Assembly: GCA_963786955.1 (NCBI GenBank)
Contig: CAWBAT010000004.1
Coordinates: 736,001-800,000 of the forward strand
DNA length: 64,000 nucleotides
From: an uncultured Acidimicrobiia bacterium
GTDB lineage: Bacteria > Acidobacteriota > Terriglobia > Versatilivoradales > Versatilivoraceae
Reading direction: 5' to 3'
The position numbers and the translations under genes are program-made. How positions within the stretch are numbered: position 1 is the first letter of the stretch; each line of letters begins with the position of its first letter. Of this stretch, positions 49,632 through 61,235 are shown piece by piece. Below the pieces are notes generated by a model. It ran no database searches. It saw nothing but the letters and a program-made list of their open reading frames with translations, and had not been told where the DNA came from.

Positions 49632-50639
49632 ATGAAACTTAAAACAGTTCTTTGCCCTGTTGATTTCTCCAAAGTGTCCTCAAAGGAAATCGGATTGGCT
49701 TCACAAATCTGTGAGCGCTTTGCTGCCCGACTTGTACTCCAGCACAACATCGATTACATTCCCCCGATTTATTTGGCTAATGCGTGGATGTATTCTGAAA
49801 CTCATATGGCCCCAGAAGAGGAGAAAGAGTCTCAGGCAGAAAGGCTGTTGCAGGAATTGCTCGCAAAATTGCCATCCACTCTCCAATTTGAAGGGAAGAT
49901 CACCTTTGGTCGCCTGGATGAGTCGATCTTACATTTAGCCCGGAAATTACCTGCAGACCTTATTGTCATGGGAACACATGGCGCTAGCAGCCCTGAGCAT
50001 GCCTCGCACACCGACCGGGTATTGGCACAAGCTCCCTGCCCTATTCTCACAATTCGTGATGAAGTTCCCGAGTCACGACTTCCTTCTTTTAAGTCAGCAG
50101 GTGAGCCGACTCAGCTCGCTGTCATGCTGCCGATGGACTTTTCGACGCATTCCTTGCATGCGCTGGAGTTTGCCTTTGGATTGATGGAAGACCTGCCGGT
50201 ACGACTCCATCTCCTCCATATAGAAGGTCCAATCGCTTGGGATGATATAGGAGGGATCGCCCACTTGAATCTGCATGAGAAAAAACAGCAGCGGCTAGCT
50301 CATTCCCTGGAAAGGCTAAAAGCATTAATACCTGAAGATTTTTCCGCCCGAGTCAATTGTGTCGTAAGGATGGGATCGGTAGTCGAGGAGATTGTGACTT
50401 ATGCCAATAACATCGCGGCTTCCTTTGTAATTATGGGTGCCCATCCGAAAAACATTTTTGACAAACTGTTGTTTGGGGTAACGTCTAAAGGCGTGCTGCA
50501 TCAAAGCCCTTGTCCAGTGTGGCTTGTCCCGACGGGAAAGAGCAGCGGGAGCGTAGGGCATTGGACCTCGATCAATTCAGAAGCGAATCCCATTCAGCGC
50601 AAGGACCTGGACCTGAACACTTCATTGGTTGAAAAGTAG
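49632..50639 (+). CDS. Tandem-domain universal stress protein
   Basis: LCPVDFS..DLIVMGTHG..APCPIL and MLPMDFS..VIMGAH..FGVTSKGVLHQSPCPVW. Confidence 0.9.
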   Translation: MKLKTVLCPVDFSKVSSKEIGLASQICERFAARLVLQHNIDYIPPIYLANAWMYSETHMAPEEEKESQAERLLQELLAKLPSTLQFEGKITFGRLDESILHLARKLPADLIVMGTHGASSPEHASHTDRVLAQAPCPILTIRDEVPESRLPSFKSAGEPTQLAVMLPMDFSTHSLHALEFAFGLMEDLPVRLHLLHIEGPIAWDDIGGIAHLNLHEKKQQRLAHSLERLKALIPEDFSARVNCVVRMGSVVEEIVTYANNIAASFVIMGAHPKNIFDKLLFGVTSKGVLHQSPCPVWLVPTGKSSGSVGHWTSINSEANPIQRKDLDLNTSLVEK

Positions 50640-50640
50640 G

Positions 50641-51634
50641 CTAAACATAGCTTTTGAGGGCCTTCATGTAATTGGCACGTTCAAAGGCAGAGGGGTGTGG
50701 GCAGGATTTGTGGCTCATACTGCCTTTCATTTGTTCGACCGACTCATATTCGTGTTGTTCCATCCACTGGACCATTTCCAGTTCTACTTCTCTTATCCGC
50801 CGCAGTCCATTCTTTAGTAGCGCCGAGCACATCATCGTCACGTCCGCTCCTACCATGAGCATCTTGAGGACATCCGGGGCAGAGTGAATCCCCCCCGTGG
50901 CCGCAAGACTGGAATTGACCTTCCCGTAGAGGATTGCAATCCAACGCAAGGGCAATCGGAGCGCCTGCGGGTGTACTGAGAATGACATTCGGGACGACTT
51001 CAAGCAGCTCCAGGTCAATATCCGGCTGGTAGAATCGATTGAAGAGCACGAGACCATTGGCTCCTGCATAGGAAAGCCGTTTGGCCATCGAGGCCATGTT
51101 GCTGAAAAACGGGCTCATTTTGATCGCCACTGGAATCTTGATCGTCCGTCTCACATCTGCCAGCACGTTGACATACATTTGTTCCACTTCGACGCCGGGC
51201 AAATCGGGATCCGTGGGAATGTAATAGATATTCAATTCAAGAGCATCCACTCCGGTCTCTTCAATCAATTTCGCGTACTTGATCCATCCTCCCGTGGAAA
51301 CCCCATTCAAGGAGCCAATGACCGGAATTTGAACCACTTCTTTGGCCTTATGAAGGTGTTCCAAATATTCGTCCGGTCCCAATTCGTATTCGTTGGCTTC
51401 AGGGAAGTAATTCAAAGCCTCCGCATAACTGTAGGAACCATAGGTGAGGTAATGATCCAACTCGTGGGCCTCGTGGAGGATTTCCTCTTCGAACAACGAG
51501 TGAACCACGATCGCAGCCACCCCGGCGTCTTCCAGCGCACGAATCTTGCTGATGGTGTTGGTCAATGCACCGCAGGCTGAGGAAACCAGCGGAGTCCGGA
51601 GCTTCAAACCGATATAAGTGGTGCTTAGGTCCAT
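50641..51634 (-). CDS. Dihydroorotate dehydrogenase-like protein (nifJ-associated type), frameshifted at ~50970
   Basis: [44 protein letters not shown], then [22 protein letters not shown] in the adjacent frame. Confidence 0.88.
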
Positions 51635-51765
51635 GGGATTTATCCTTCCGTCTCGAATCGAACAAATTAATTGAAAAACAAGTTCTTCCGGCGGTCCTTG
51701 ACCGCCTGCATATTCATTCTTTTCCCAAACGGGACTTTCCGATGCAGTGGATTCAGTCCCGCCGT

Positions 51766-54700
51766 TTAGTGTTGTTCAAGGACCGGCGGGCTGAAATCCA
51801 GGGCAGCTAATTCTTCATAAATCCGCCAACGATTGTCCGCATCCTGCTGGGCTCGCCTCAGGAGTTCTTTCGCTTCTTCCGGTCGGGTCTTGGTTAACAT
51901 CTTGTAACGGTTTTCAAGATAAGAATACTCTTCAAACCGGATCTTAGGCTTTTTGTAATCTAACTGGAGCGGGTTCTTCCCCTCTTTGACGAGATCGGGA
52001 TTGTACCGGTACATCGGCCAATGTCCCGAAAGTACGGCTGCCTTTTGATTGTCCATAGCGGTTCGCATATTGATGCCATGGGCAATGCAATGACTATAAG
52101 CGATGATAAGGGAGGGACCATTGAAAGCCTCTGCTTCGGCAATGGCTTTGACCGTCTGGACATCACTCGCTCCCATGGCCACCTGTGCCACATAGATGGT
52201 TCCATATCCCATCATGATCTTTCCCAAATCCTTCTTGCCGACTGTCTTGCCTCCCGCCGCAAACTTGGCGACGGCACCCAGCGGAGTCGCTTTTGACATT
52301 TGCCCGCCGGTATTCGAATAAACTTCAGTATCGAGGACCATGACGTTGACGTTCCGGCCCGAAGCCAGCACATGATCAAGTCCACCAAACCCGATGTCGT
52401 AGGCCCAACCATCCCCGCCAATGATCCAAACCGATTTCTTCACCAGGTAATCTGCCAGAGAAAGGAGGTTGCGGGCGTCAGGGGTATTGATCTGAAGCAA
52501 AATTTTCTTCAGCTGGTCAACTTTGAGCCGCTGTTCATGAATTTCCGCTTCGTCGTTTTGCGGAGCTTGAATCAATTCACGGGCCAGTTCTTCACCAATC
52601 TGACTCGCCATTTTTTCGACAAGTCCTTTGGCCTGTTGTGTCTGCAAGTCAAGGGTTAGCCGGAATCCCAGCCCGAATTCCGCATTATCCTCAAACAATG
52701 AATTGGCCCAAGCAGGACCTCGCCCTTCTTTAGTCTGGGCCCAAGGGGTGGTGGGAAGATTCCCCCCATAAATCGAGGAACAGCCCGTTGCATTGGCGAC
52801 AATCAACCGGTCCCCATACATTTGCGTCAGCAACTTTAAGTAGGGGGTTTCTCCACACCCGGAACAAGCGCCGGAATACTCGAAAAGGGGTTGCAAGACT
52901 TGCGATCCTTTGATACTGGCAACCTTGACTCGTCGGCGATCGTACTCCGGCAGGTCGAGGAAGAAGGCGTAATTTTCCTTTTCCTGCTCGCGAATCGGAA
53001 GCTGCGGGGCCATGTTGAGCGCCTTGATCCTGACTTCCTTCTTGCTCTTGGCTGGGCAGACGTGAACACAAATCCCGCAACCCGTGCAGTCTTCAGGAGC
53101 TGTCTGGATTGACATCTTCATCCCTTCAAATTCCTGACCTTTGTAGTCCATGGATTTGAAAGTCGCGGGGGCATCCGCTCAGGAGCTGTGGATCATAAAC
53201 CTTAATTCGAATGGCTGCGTGCGGGCATACCAGCGCACACTTGGCGCATTGAATGCAGATCTCCTCTTCCCAGACTGGAATCTCCAAGGCTATGTTCCTC
53301 TTCTCCCATTGGGCTGTCGCCGTCGGGAATGTACCGTCCACAGGCAATGCGCTGACCGGGAGAGAATCTCCCAGCCCGGAGATGATGGTGGCCGTCACAG
53401 ATTGAACAAAATCCGGGGCTTCCTTCGCAACCATGGGGGGACGAGAGACCTTGCTTGTGACCTGCTCTGGAATCTTGACTTCAAACAAATTGGCCAGGGT
53501 CTTGTCAATCGCGTCAAAGTTCTTTTGGACGATCACTTCCCCTTTGCTCCCGTAAGTCTTACGGATGGAGCTCTTGATCTTTTCGATGGCTTCAGCTTGT
53601 GGCAGGATGCCGCAGATGGCAAAGAAACAGGTCTGCATGACCGTGTTAATTCGACCGCCCATCCCCGTTTCCGCCGCCACCTTAATGGCATCGATAACAA
53701 AAAAGCGCAACCGTTTCTCAAGGATGTCTCGCTGAACTTCGCGCGGCAGATAATCCCAAACTTCATTCGGCCCATAAGGGCTATTCAGTAAGAAAGTCGC
53801 TCCGGGAATGGCACTGGACGAGGACATCGTAGCGCTCCAGAAACTGAAACTGATGGCAAGCTACGAAATTGGCCGCTGTAATGAGATAGGTCGAATGGAT
53901 AGGGTTGGGGCCGAATCGTAAGTGGGAAACTGTGACGGAACCGGCTTTCTTGGAATCGTAGACAAAATATCCCTGTGCGTAATTGTCCGTATCTTCTCCG
54001 ATGATTTTGATGGAGTTCTTGTTGGCGCTGACGGTTCCATCAGATCCCAGACCGTAAAAAATTCCCCGAAAAACGTTGTCCGGCTCAATGGAAAAGGCAT
54101 GGTCGTAATCCAGATGCGTGTCCGAGATGTCATCGACGATCCCCACCGTGAAATGGTTCTTGGGGATCTCCTTCTTCAGTTCCCGGAAGATGCCCTCAAT
54201 CATGGCGGGTGTAAATTCTTTGGAGGAAAGTCCGTAACGTCCTCCCACGACTCGTGGCAACTGTCGCCAAGGCAATTTGCCATCCGCCTGTACTTCGCTA
54301 ATAGCCGTTACGAGGTCCTGGTAGAGCGGCTCCCCTATAGTACCGGGCTCCTTGGTGCGATCTAAAACTGCAATGGCTCGGACCGTAGCAGGCATCGTTT
54401 TCACAAACTGCTCAAGGGAGAACGGCCGGAACAACCGTACTTTGAGAACACCGACCTTTTCACCCTTGCCCGCAAGAAATTCCACGGTCTCATGGACTGC
54501 CTCGGCTCCCGAGCCCATCAGCACCAACACGCGCTCGGCATCGGGGGCTCCCACATAATCGAATAGATGGTATTGCCGTCCTGTCAGGGCCGCAAACCGA
54601 TCCATCGTCTTTTGCACGATTTCCGGACAAACCTGGTAGAAAGGATTGCACCCTTCACGGGCTTGGAAGAAGACATCGGGGTTTTGGGCAGAGCCCCGCA

Positions 54701-55343
54701 AAACGGGGTGATCCGGAGTGAGTGCCCGGGCACGATGGGCATGAACCCATTCATCATCAATCATCGCGCGAATATCCTCGAGGGCCAGCTCTTCAATCTT
54801 CATCACCTCATGAGAAGAACGGAACCCATCAAAAAAATGCAGAAACGGAACTCGCGCTTGCAGCGTGGCCGATTGGGCAATGAGCGCAAAGTCCATGACC
54901 TCTTGGACGGAGTTTGAGGCCAACATGGCAAATCCGGTGGCACGGGCTGCCATCACGTCACTATGATCTCCGAAAATGGAGAGCGCATGCGTGGCTACGG
55001 TTCGGGCTGCAATATGGAAAACGGCGGGAGTCAATTCTCCGGCAATCTTGTACATATTCGGGATCATGAGCAGGAGTCCCTGAGAAGCGGTAAACGTCGT
55101 CGCGAGAGCTCCGGTCTGCAATGCTCCGTGGATCGCTCCGGCGGCGCCCCCTTCACTCTGCATTTCTTGCACGATGGGAACTGTCCCCCACAAGTTCTTC
55201 CTGCCTTCGGCAGCCCAGGCATCCGACAATTCTCCCATCGGTGAGGAGGGGGTGATCGGGTAGATGGCGATCACTTCGTTTGTCAAGTAAGCCACATAGG
55301 CAGCGGCTTCGTTTCCATCTATGGTAACCAAACAGCGATTCAT
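51766..55343 (-). CDS. nifJ: Pyruvate:ferredoxin (flavodoxin) oxidoreductase, frameshifted at ~53820 and ~53170
   Basis: [71 protein letters not shown] and YSNTGGQ across three ORF fragments. Confidence 0.93.
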
Positions 55344-55833
55344 GAAATCCCTCCACTCGGATTCTGGCTTCAGCGTATGGTTCTTGTATCAAGTACTCAT
55401 GGATCGCTTAAGCGACCCTCTTCCCTTGCGTTGGGTCCGTGGCTTTTTCACAACAATTCCGCGGAGTTTAGGATCTAGTACTCATTTCCCCTGTTCATTG
55501 GTGCACTCGGTTTTCCAAAAGACTCAATATAGCTCTAACACCATGTAGATCATGAAGTTCCCCAGTCGATAACCCAACAATGGACTAACTCAGCAAGCTA
55601 CTATTTGAGCAAAATTGGGGCATATCCCGCAGAGCTAAGCCCAAATCAGGTTTCAAATGTGGGTGAAACTGGACTGTCTCTAGAGCCTTGAGCTAATCAA
55701 CGGATCTCCCGGTTCTTTGGTCTTTTTGTTGCTCATATAATTTACACTTCGGTTCAACGGCATTTGTAAAATCGATCGAAGCAGAAATACCTCATTCCGA
55801 TTGGGCTAAAGGCAACTCAAAAGAGGAATCATT

Positions 55834-57141
55834 ATGGAAAAATCCATTAAGCGTCTTCGAAAGAAAGAAGAATATCGGATGCGCACCCATCTCATTCATG
55901 GAAATTACGAGAGCCGGCGCTGGGATTATGACCACCATGTCATCCCACCAATTTCTTCCTCAACCACATACCGCCTGAGCTCGTCCCAGCGCGGGGCTCA
56001 GGGCTTCCTGGATTTCGCGTCGTCTGAGCCAAATGAGAAGAAGGTTCCGATCTATATTTATGACCGCCTCGACGAACCGACCAGAGGGATGCTTGAGGAA
56101 AACCTGGCCTATGCGGAAGGGGGAGGCGTGGCAGTAACCTTCTCGACAGGAATGGCCGCCGTCTCTGCCGCCCTAGGGGTTATCGTTGGCGCAGGGGACG
56201 AAATTATTGCTCACCATGCGATGTATGGCTGCACTTACAGTCTTCTGTCCAATTGGTACCCCCGCTACAAAATACCAACCCATTTCTGTGATCTCTCTCA
56301 TCCAAAAAACTTCAAGAGCCTGATCAATCCCAAGACTCGAGTGGTTTATTTCGAGACTCCCGTTAACCCCAATCTCGATTTGATTGACATTCAAGCCATC
56401 CGAACTGTCATCGAGCGCGCCAATCACGATCGGCCCTCCGGGAAGAAGATTCTGATGGTCATCGACAACACTTTTTCAACATTCTATTGCCAACGTCCCC
56501 TGCAGATGGGCGCAGACATGGTTGTCTATAGTTTGACGAAAAACATTGGAGGCTTCGGAACCGACATGGGCGGCGCCGTCATCGCTGCTGAAGAGTATCG
56601 AAATCACCTGATGCTTTACCGGAAAGATTTTGGTGGGGTCTTGTCTTCAAAGAGCGCCTGGGCAATTCTCGTTTATGGCTTGCCAACTTTGGCCACTCGC
56701 ATGACAAACCAACAAAAGACGGCCTTGAAAGTTTCTGAGTTCCTCGAGGGTCATCCCAAAGTGGCGTATGTCCGGTATCCGGGCCTGGAAAGTTTTCCCC
56801 AGGCAGAATTAGCACGACGCCAAATGACCAGTTACGATGGCAAGTTTGCACCGGGGAGCCTTATTTACTTTGTGCTCAAAGAAAGCGGGAAGAATGAAAA
56901 CCAGGTCGGAGAGAAGTTTATCGATTATTTAGCGGACCACTCCTATACCATCACGCTGGCTGTGAGTCTAGGCCAGATTAAAACCTTGATCGAAAACCCT
57001 TATTCGATGACACATGCGGCCTTGCCACCGGAGATGAAGAAAGAGAAAGGGATCGAACCTGGCGGAATACGACTCTCCGTGGGTCTGGAAGACTGGCACG
57101 ACATCATTGAAGATTTGGCTAAGGCACTGGAGAAGATTTAG
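55834..57141 (+). CDS. PLP-dependent Cys/Met metabolism enzyme (methionine gamma-lyase-like)
   Basis: PPISSSTTY, FSTGMAAV, YGCTY, YFETPVNP, IDNTF, PLP Lys in SLTKNIGG, AVSLG and IRLSVGLED. Confidence 0.85.
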   Translation: MEKSIKRLRKKEEYRMRTHLIHGNYESRRWDYDHHVIPPISSSTTYRLSSSQRGAQGFLDFASSEPNEKKVPIYIYDRLDEPTRGMLEENLAYAEGGGVAVTFSTGMAAVSAALGVIVGAGDEIIAHHAMYGCTYSLLSNWYPRYKIPTHFCDLSHPKNFKSLINPKTRVVYFETPVNPNLDLIDIQAIRTVIERANHDRPSGKKILMVIDNTFSTFYCQRPLQMGADMVVYSLTKNIGGFGTDMGGAVIAAEEYRNHLMLYRKDFGGVLSSKSAWAILVYGLPTLATRMTNQQKTALKVSEFLEGHPKVAYVRYPGLESFPQAELARRQMTSYDGKFAPGSLIYFVLKESGKNENQVGEKFIDYLADHSYTITLAVSLGQIKTLIENPYSMTHAALPPEMKKEKGIEPGGIRLSVGLEDWHDIIEDLAKALEKI

Positions 57142-57279
57142 GAGTTGCGGAATTCTACCGGAACCGGCACTTATTCTCGTCGTTGTCCGCGGTTATTGCC
57201 AAGACCGAAGAATACTCCGAAAATGAGTACCAATACCTTCAACTTCTTTCCGAATCGACCGGTTGGTGAAAAGCTTACT

Positions 57280-58986
57280 TTAAGCCGGTAGATAAGAGAT
57301 ATATTCCGGGTACCACATCTCCTCATCCACCTTCGTTTCGATTAAGTCATCCCGATAGGCTCTCCCGATACCACAATCTCGCGCTTCACGAACAACGGCG
57401 ATTGCGACATGACGCGTCACCTGACGAAGATCTGAACCTCTGGGATAGAGTGAACCCTTCGCCAGCCTTTCGTCGGAAATAATTTCTCCCAAGGCACGCG
57501 CCGCAACCAGGAACATTTCTTCGGTGATTTCATGAGCTACGCTTACGATCGCCCCGAGTCCTACCCCTGGAAATACGAACACATTGTTGGCCTGGCCGAT
57601 AACATGGACCCTGCCCTGATACTCCACAGGCGGAAATGGGCTCCCGGTGGCGACCAATGCTTTCCCCTCGGTCCACCGCAAGATATCGGCTGGAGCCGCT
57701 TCGGTCTTCGAGGTGGGATTGGAAAGCGGGAAAATCATGGGTACCGGAACGTGCTTCGCCATCTCCCGGATGACCCCTTCGGTGAATGCCCCGGGGACAC
57801 CGCTGGTCCCAATCAGGATCGTGGGCTTGAAGTGACGCACAACAGTTTCAAGATCATAGCGGTCTGAAGGGGGAAATCCATACAAGCTCATTTCCGAGGA
57901 GTGGAGTGCGAATGGTTTCTTGTCTTCATCGATTGAGGCTCTTTCGTCGAAAATAAGTCCCTGGGTATCCACCATGGCAATGGCTTCTTGAATAGTCTTT
58001 TCACTGGTTCCTTCCTGGCGCATCGCGAAGCGGACGAGACGGGCAATGCCAATTCCTGCGGCTCCTGCCCCCAGAAAAACAAACCTTTGCTGACACAGTG
58101 GCTGACCCAGTTTCCTCAAACCTGCGAAGATGCCGCCCATGATAACAGCCCCGGTGCCTTGAATATCATCGTTGAAGCAGGTGATACGATGACGGTATCG
58201 ATCCAAAATGACGGATGGCATTGTGCTGCTTAAAGTCTTCCCATTGCAGCACAACATGGGGAAAGACCGTGGAAACCCCTTCCACAAAAGCTTCAATGAA
58301 CTCATCATAGGCACTCCCACGGATCCGCGGATGACGATATCCCAGATAAAATGGGTCATCCAGGAGCTCCTGGCGGTCTGTCCCCACATCGAGGGAAATC
58401 GGTAAGGTCTTGGAAGGATGAATACCGGCCCCTGCCGTGTAGAGGGCCAGCTTCCCTACGGGGATTCCCATTCCTCCGGCACCCTGGTCGCCGAGTCCAA
58501 GAATCCGTTCGTTATCCGTGACTACGATCAACTTAACTTCTTCCTGCCGGGCATTATGGAGCAGGGTTGGAATTCTGCCGATGTCATCGGGGGTGATCCA
58601 CAATCCACGGGCCCGCCGAAAATGTGACTGAACCGCTGGCAGGCTCTACCCACCGTCGGTGTATAGACAATCGGCATGAATTCATCCAGGTTCTCCACCA
58701 GGACGCGGTAGAAAAGGACCTCATTGCGATCATGAAGCGCCGCCAATCCAATGTATTTCTCCAGATCATCACTCTTGCAACGCACATGCTCGATCTCTAA
58801 AGCAACCTGCTCTTCGATCGTCGTCATTCTCGGAGGTAGCAACCCCCTTAGCCCAAACAGGTCACGCTCTTCTTCGGTGAAGGCCGTATCTTTGTTCAGG
58901 GATGGATATTCCAGCAAATCTACCCCACGGAATGGAACTTCCGGGACGACGGAGTGGCTTGCATGCTCAGTTTTGACTGTATTCAT
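57280..58986 (-). CDS. maeA: NAD-dependent malic enzyme, frameshifted at ~58615 and ~58215
   Basis: [65 protein letters not shown] and [14 protein letters not shown]. Confidence 0.9.
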
Positions 58987-59112
58987 GAATTCTCTCTCCT
59001 TCCTGAAATCTGTCATGAAGTGGCCCTCGCACTCGAGACTTCAGGCAATAACGGATTGTGAGTCCTCAACGGTTCACTATCAATGACATCTCGTTGAACT
59101 GCCAAAAATAGC

Positions 59113-59490
59113 CTACTTCTCCCGGTTTTCTCGTGATTCGAGTTGTCCAATGGTTTGATCCAACCACCGGAGGAGTTGTTCTTCCAGACGTTGCTTGTCC
59201 CCGGCTCGTAGCAATGAGTCAATGGTCTCTCCTTGAGGATTCAGAGGAATAAACTGACAAGGGATCAACTCATTGTAATGTGAAGGACTTACGAACTCGG
59301 TCAGGAAGCACTCGGTACAAGGATGGAGCTTTTCAACTTCCCCTAGGTTGAGACAGGTAATTGAGTCACGAAAATACTCCAACTCTCGCCGAGGTGCACG
59401 AACCGAACATCCGTAACCACCATCAGCCAGAATGCTTCTCTCCAACTTCAGTTTCGCAACAATCTCAGACGTAGGAGCTTTCATCTTCAT
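59113..59490 (-). CDS. Hypothetical 125-aa protein with four spaced cysteines
   Basis: Clean ORF with a GAGGGGGG RBS and an upstream sigma-54-like motif. Pattern GGYG..FRDSITCLN..HPCTECFL..IPCQFIPLN. Confidence 0.7.
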   Translation of the reverse strand: MKMKAPTSEIVAKLKLERSILADGGYGCSVRAPRRELEYFRDSITCLNLGEVEKLHPCTECFLTEFVSPSHYNELIPCQFIPLNPQGETIDSLLRAGDKQRLEEQLLRWLDQTIGQLESRENREK

Positions 59491-59520
59491 CCCCCCTCGA
59501 TATAGTAATCATTTTCAAAG

Positions 59521-59537
59521 AGCATCTGCTTTGCCAA
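59521..59537 (-). promoter_or_regulatory. Sigma-54-type promoter
   Basis: Minus strand TTGGCAAAGCAGATGCT, with GG-N10-GC spacing, about 30 bp before the ATG at 59490. Confidence 0.55.
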
Positions 59538-59872
59538 GACAGAAGTCGAAATCCAGAGGGAAGTTGGAGCTGTCAGGTTTCAGCCGAATATAGCTGAAAT
59601 GCCCCATCCGCGAGTCAAACCACGCGTATTTTCAAGGGCAAAGGAAGGCCAGTTAAAGTGGCAAATCCCGTTGCCGCAACCAGAACTCTGAGAAGTCTCC
59701 GCTGAATCAGATTCAGGAAGAGCTCGTGGTATCGGGGATGCTGCTAATCGGTTGGGCAACAAACCCTTTATCGTAGCTTCTTTCCTGGAACCGAAGGACC
59801 AAGGGTCCACAAATATGACCCACAGGAGAATTTGACCCGCAGGCTTGATTCAATCTCTAGAAAATTTGAATT

Positions 59873-59888
59873 TGGCCCCCGTATTGCG
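59873..59888 (+). promoter_or_regulatory. Sigma-54-type promoter
   Basis: TGGCCCCCGTATTGCG, with GG-N10-GC spacing. Confidence 0.6.
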
Positions 59889-59997
59889 AGTTGATCGGGA
59901 AGAGACGGTGTGCCTGCACACAAGTACGAGGGATCAAGCTGACCTCCATCTGCTCACCGGCAATGTCTCCCCTAATCTCTTAGGTAGGAGGACCGCC

Positions 59998-60132
59998 ATG
60001 TTTGAAGGAATGGAAGAACTCACAGGGCAAAAGAATAAGAATAAAAAAGAGCAAATTGTGGAATGCTCGCTCATTTGCGTAGGAATCGCCGTATTTCTTG
60101 GAATCATGGTCTTGGCTTTGCTCTTTCTCTGA
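59998..60132 (+). CDS. Small single-TM protein (44 aa)
   Basis: Strong AGGAGG RBS before the ATG at 59998. Sequence MFEGMEELTGQKNKNKKEQIVECSLICVGIAVFLGIMVLALLFL. Confidence 0.6.
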   Translation: MFEGMEELTGQKNKNKKEQIVECSLICVGIAVFLGIMVLALLFL

Positions 60133-60387
60133 TCCAAAGAGAGTGGAGAGCTGCAGTTTCTGTCCTGTCGGCCGAACCCATGCATTTTGCGATTTTCGAT
60201 CCTTTTGACTCCATCTTCCCCAAACCATTTATCCCTTTCAAAATATTCTAGGTTTTTCTCTGCCTGGATGGGGAATTTGACCTTTGTCTGGAAATTTCAC
60301 CCAAGGATAACTTGAGCAGATTCAACCCGTTAAATATATTTCTTATTGAAAAAAAACACTTAGATTTTGCGAGCCACGAATTCAACA

Positions 60388-60403
60388 TGGCGACTCAAAT
60401 GCT
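60388..60403 (+). promoter_or_regulatory. Sigma-54-type promoter upstream of the response regulator
   Basis: TGGCGACTCAAATGCT, with GG-N10-GC spacing. Confidence 0.5.
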
Positions 60404-60423
60404 TTTTGTGCGTTGAGGAATTC

Positions 60424-60786
60424 ATGAAAAGCGGAAAAGCACGAGTCCTGGTGGTTGAGGACGACAATTTGTTTTTGTGGACACTTATTCATTTTCTGGA
60501 AAAGGAAGGGTATGAAGTCGTTTCTGCAGCTTCAGGCGAGAAAGGCTATGAAATAGCCCAGAAAGGCGTATTTCGATATCGTGATATCCGATTTTCATCT
60601 TCCAGGCCTCAATGGGAAAGAGCTCATCAGGAGAATCAAGTCCATTCAACCCACCACTAAAACGGTTTTGATTACTGCCTACCAACCTGAGGAGATGACA
60701 AGGAAGAAGGTTTCCTGAATGCTTATTTAAACAAGCCCATCGAACTCAAAAATTTGCGAAAAGTTCTGCAAGAGCTGATGACTTGA
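60424..60786 (+). CDS. Single-domain response regulator receiver, frameshifted
   Basis: RVLVVEDD, then in shifted frames FDIVISDFHLPGLNGKELI..VLITAY and YLNKPIELKNLRKVL. Confidence 0.82.
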
Positions 60787-61235
60787 GTTGATATGCGACC
60801 GATCCAGGCGTCTCTAACACGAGTTGATTTCTCTCACATCTCACTCCATTCGAATCACAATTGGCTTAACAGGATAGCCGTTAACCAATGATCTATCAGG
60901 ACACCAGGCTCTTGCTCGCACCCGCCAGAATTGGGGGATTTAGCCAACCCTTCTCGCGAGAAGCAGGCTTTTCCACCCATGCGGATTTGATTACTCCCCC
61001 GTACAACTGTGCAATAACCATGAAAAAGAATGAGTTATTGCCTTGGTATAAAGATTGAATGTTTTGCATTTGAGTGCGCGGCTTCAAGTGATCGTTTGAA
61101 ATTCAAAGGATGTGGAAGGGTAAAAAGTCTTGGAATTCTTTCCCCGTCGACCCGACTCGAGTACCCAATTTTTCTGAAGTAGTTCGAGATATGAATTCTG
61201 CTCAAGGGCAGTTTATTCATCCTAATCCACAAGAC

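Noticed and set aside
55688-55700. FNR box between nifJ and the lyase gene (TTGAGCTAATCAA)
   Set aside because: It is one base shorter than TTGAT-N4-ATCAA and has a mismatch. It is only plausible if a sequencing deletion is assumed.
55725-55833. Purine or SAM riboswitch upstream of the gamma-lyase gene
   Set aside because: CTCATATAAT resembles a purine riboswitch start, but the rest of the aptamer is absent and there is no SAM-I core.
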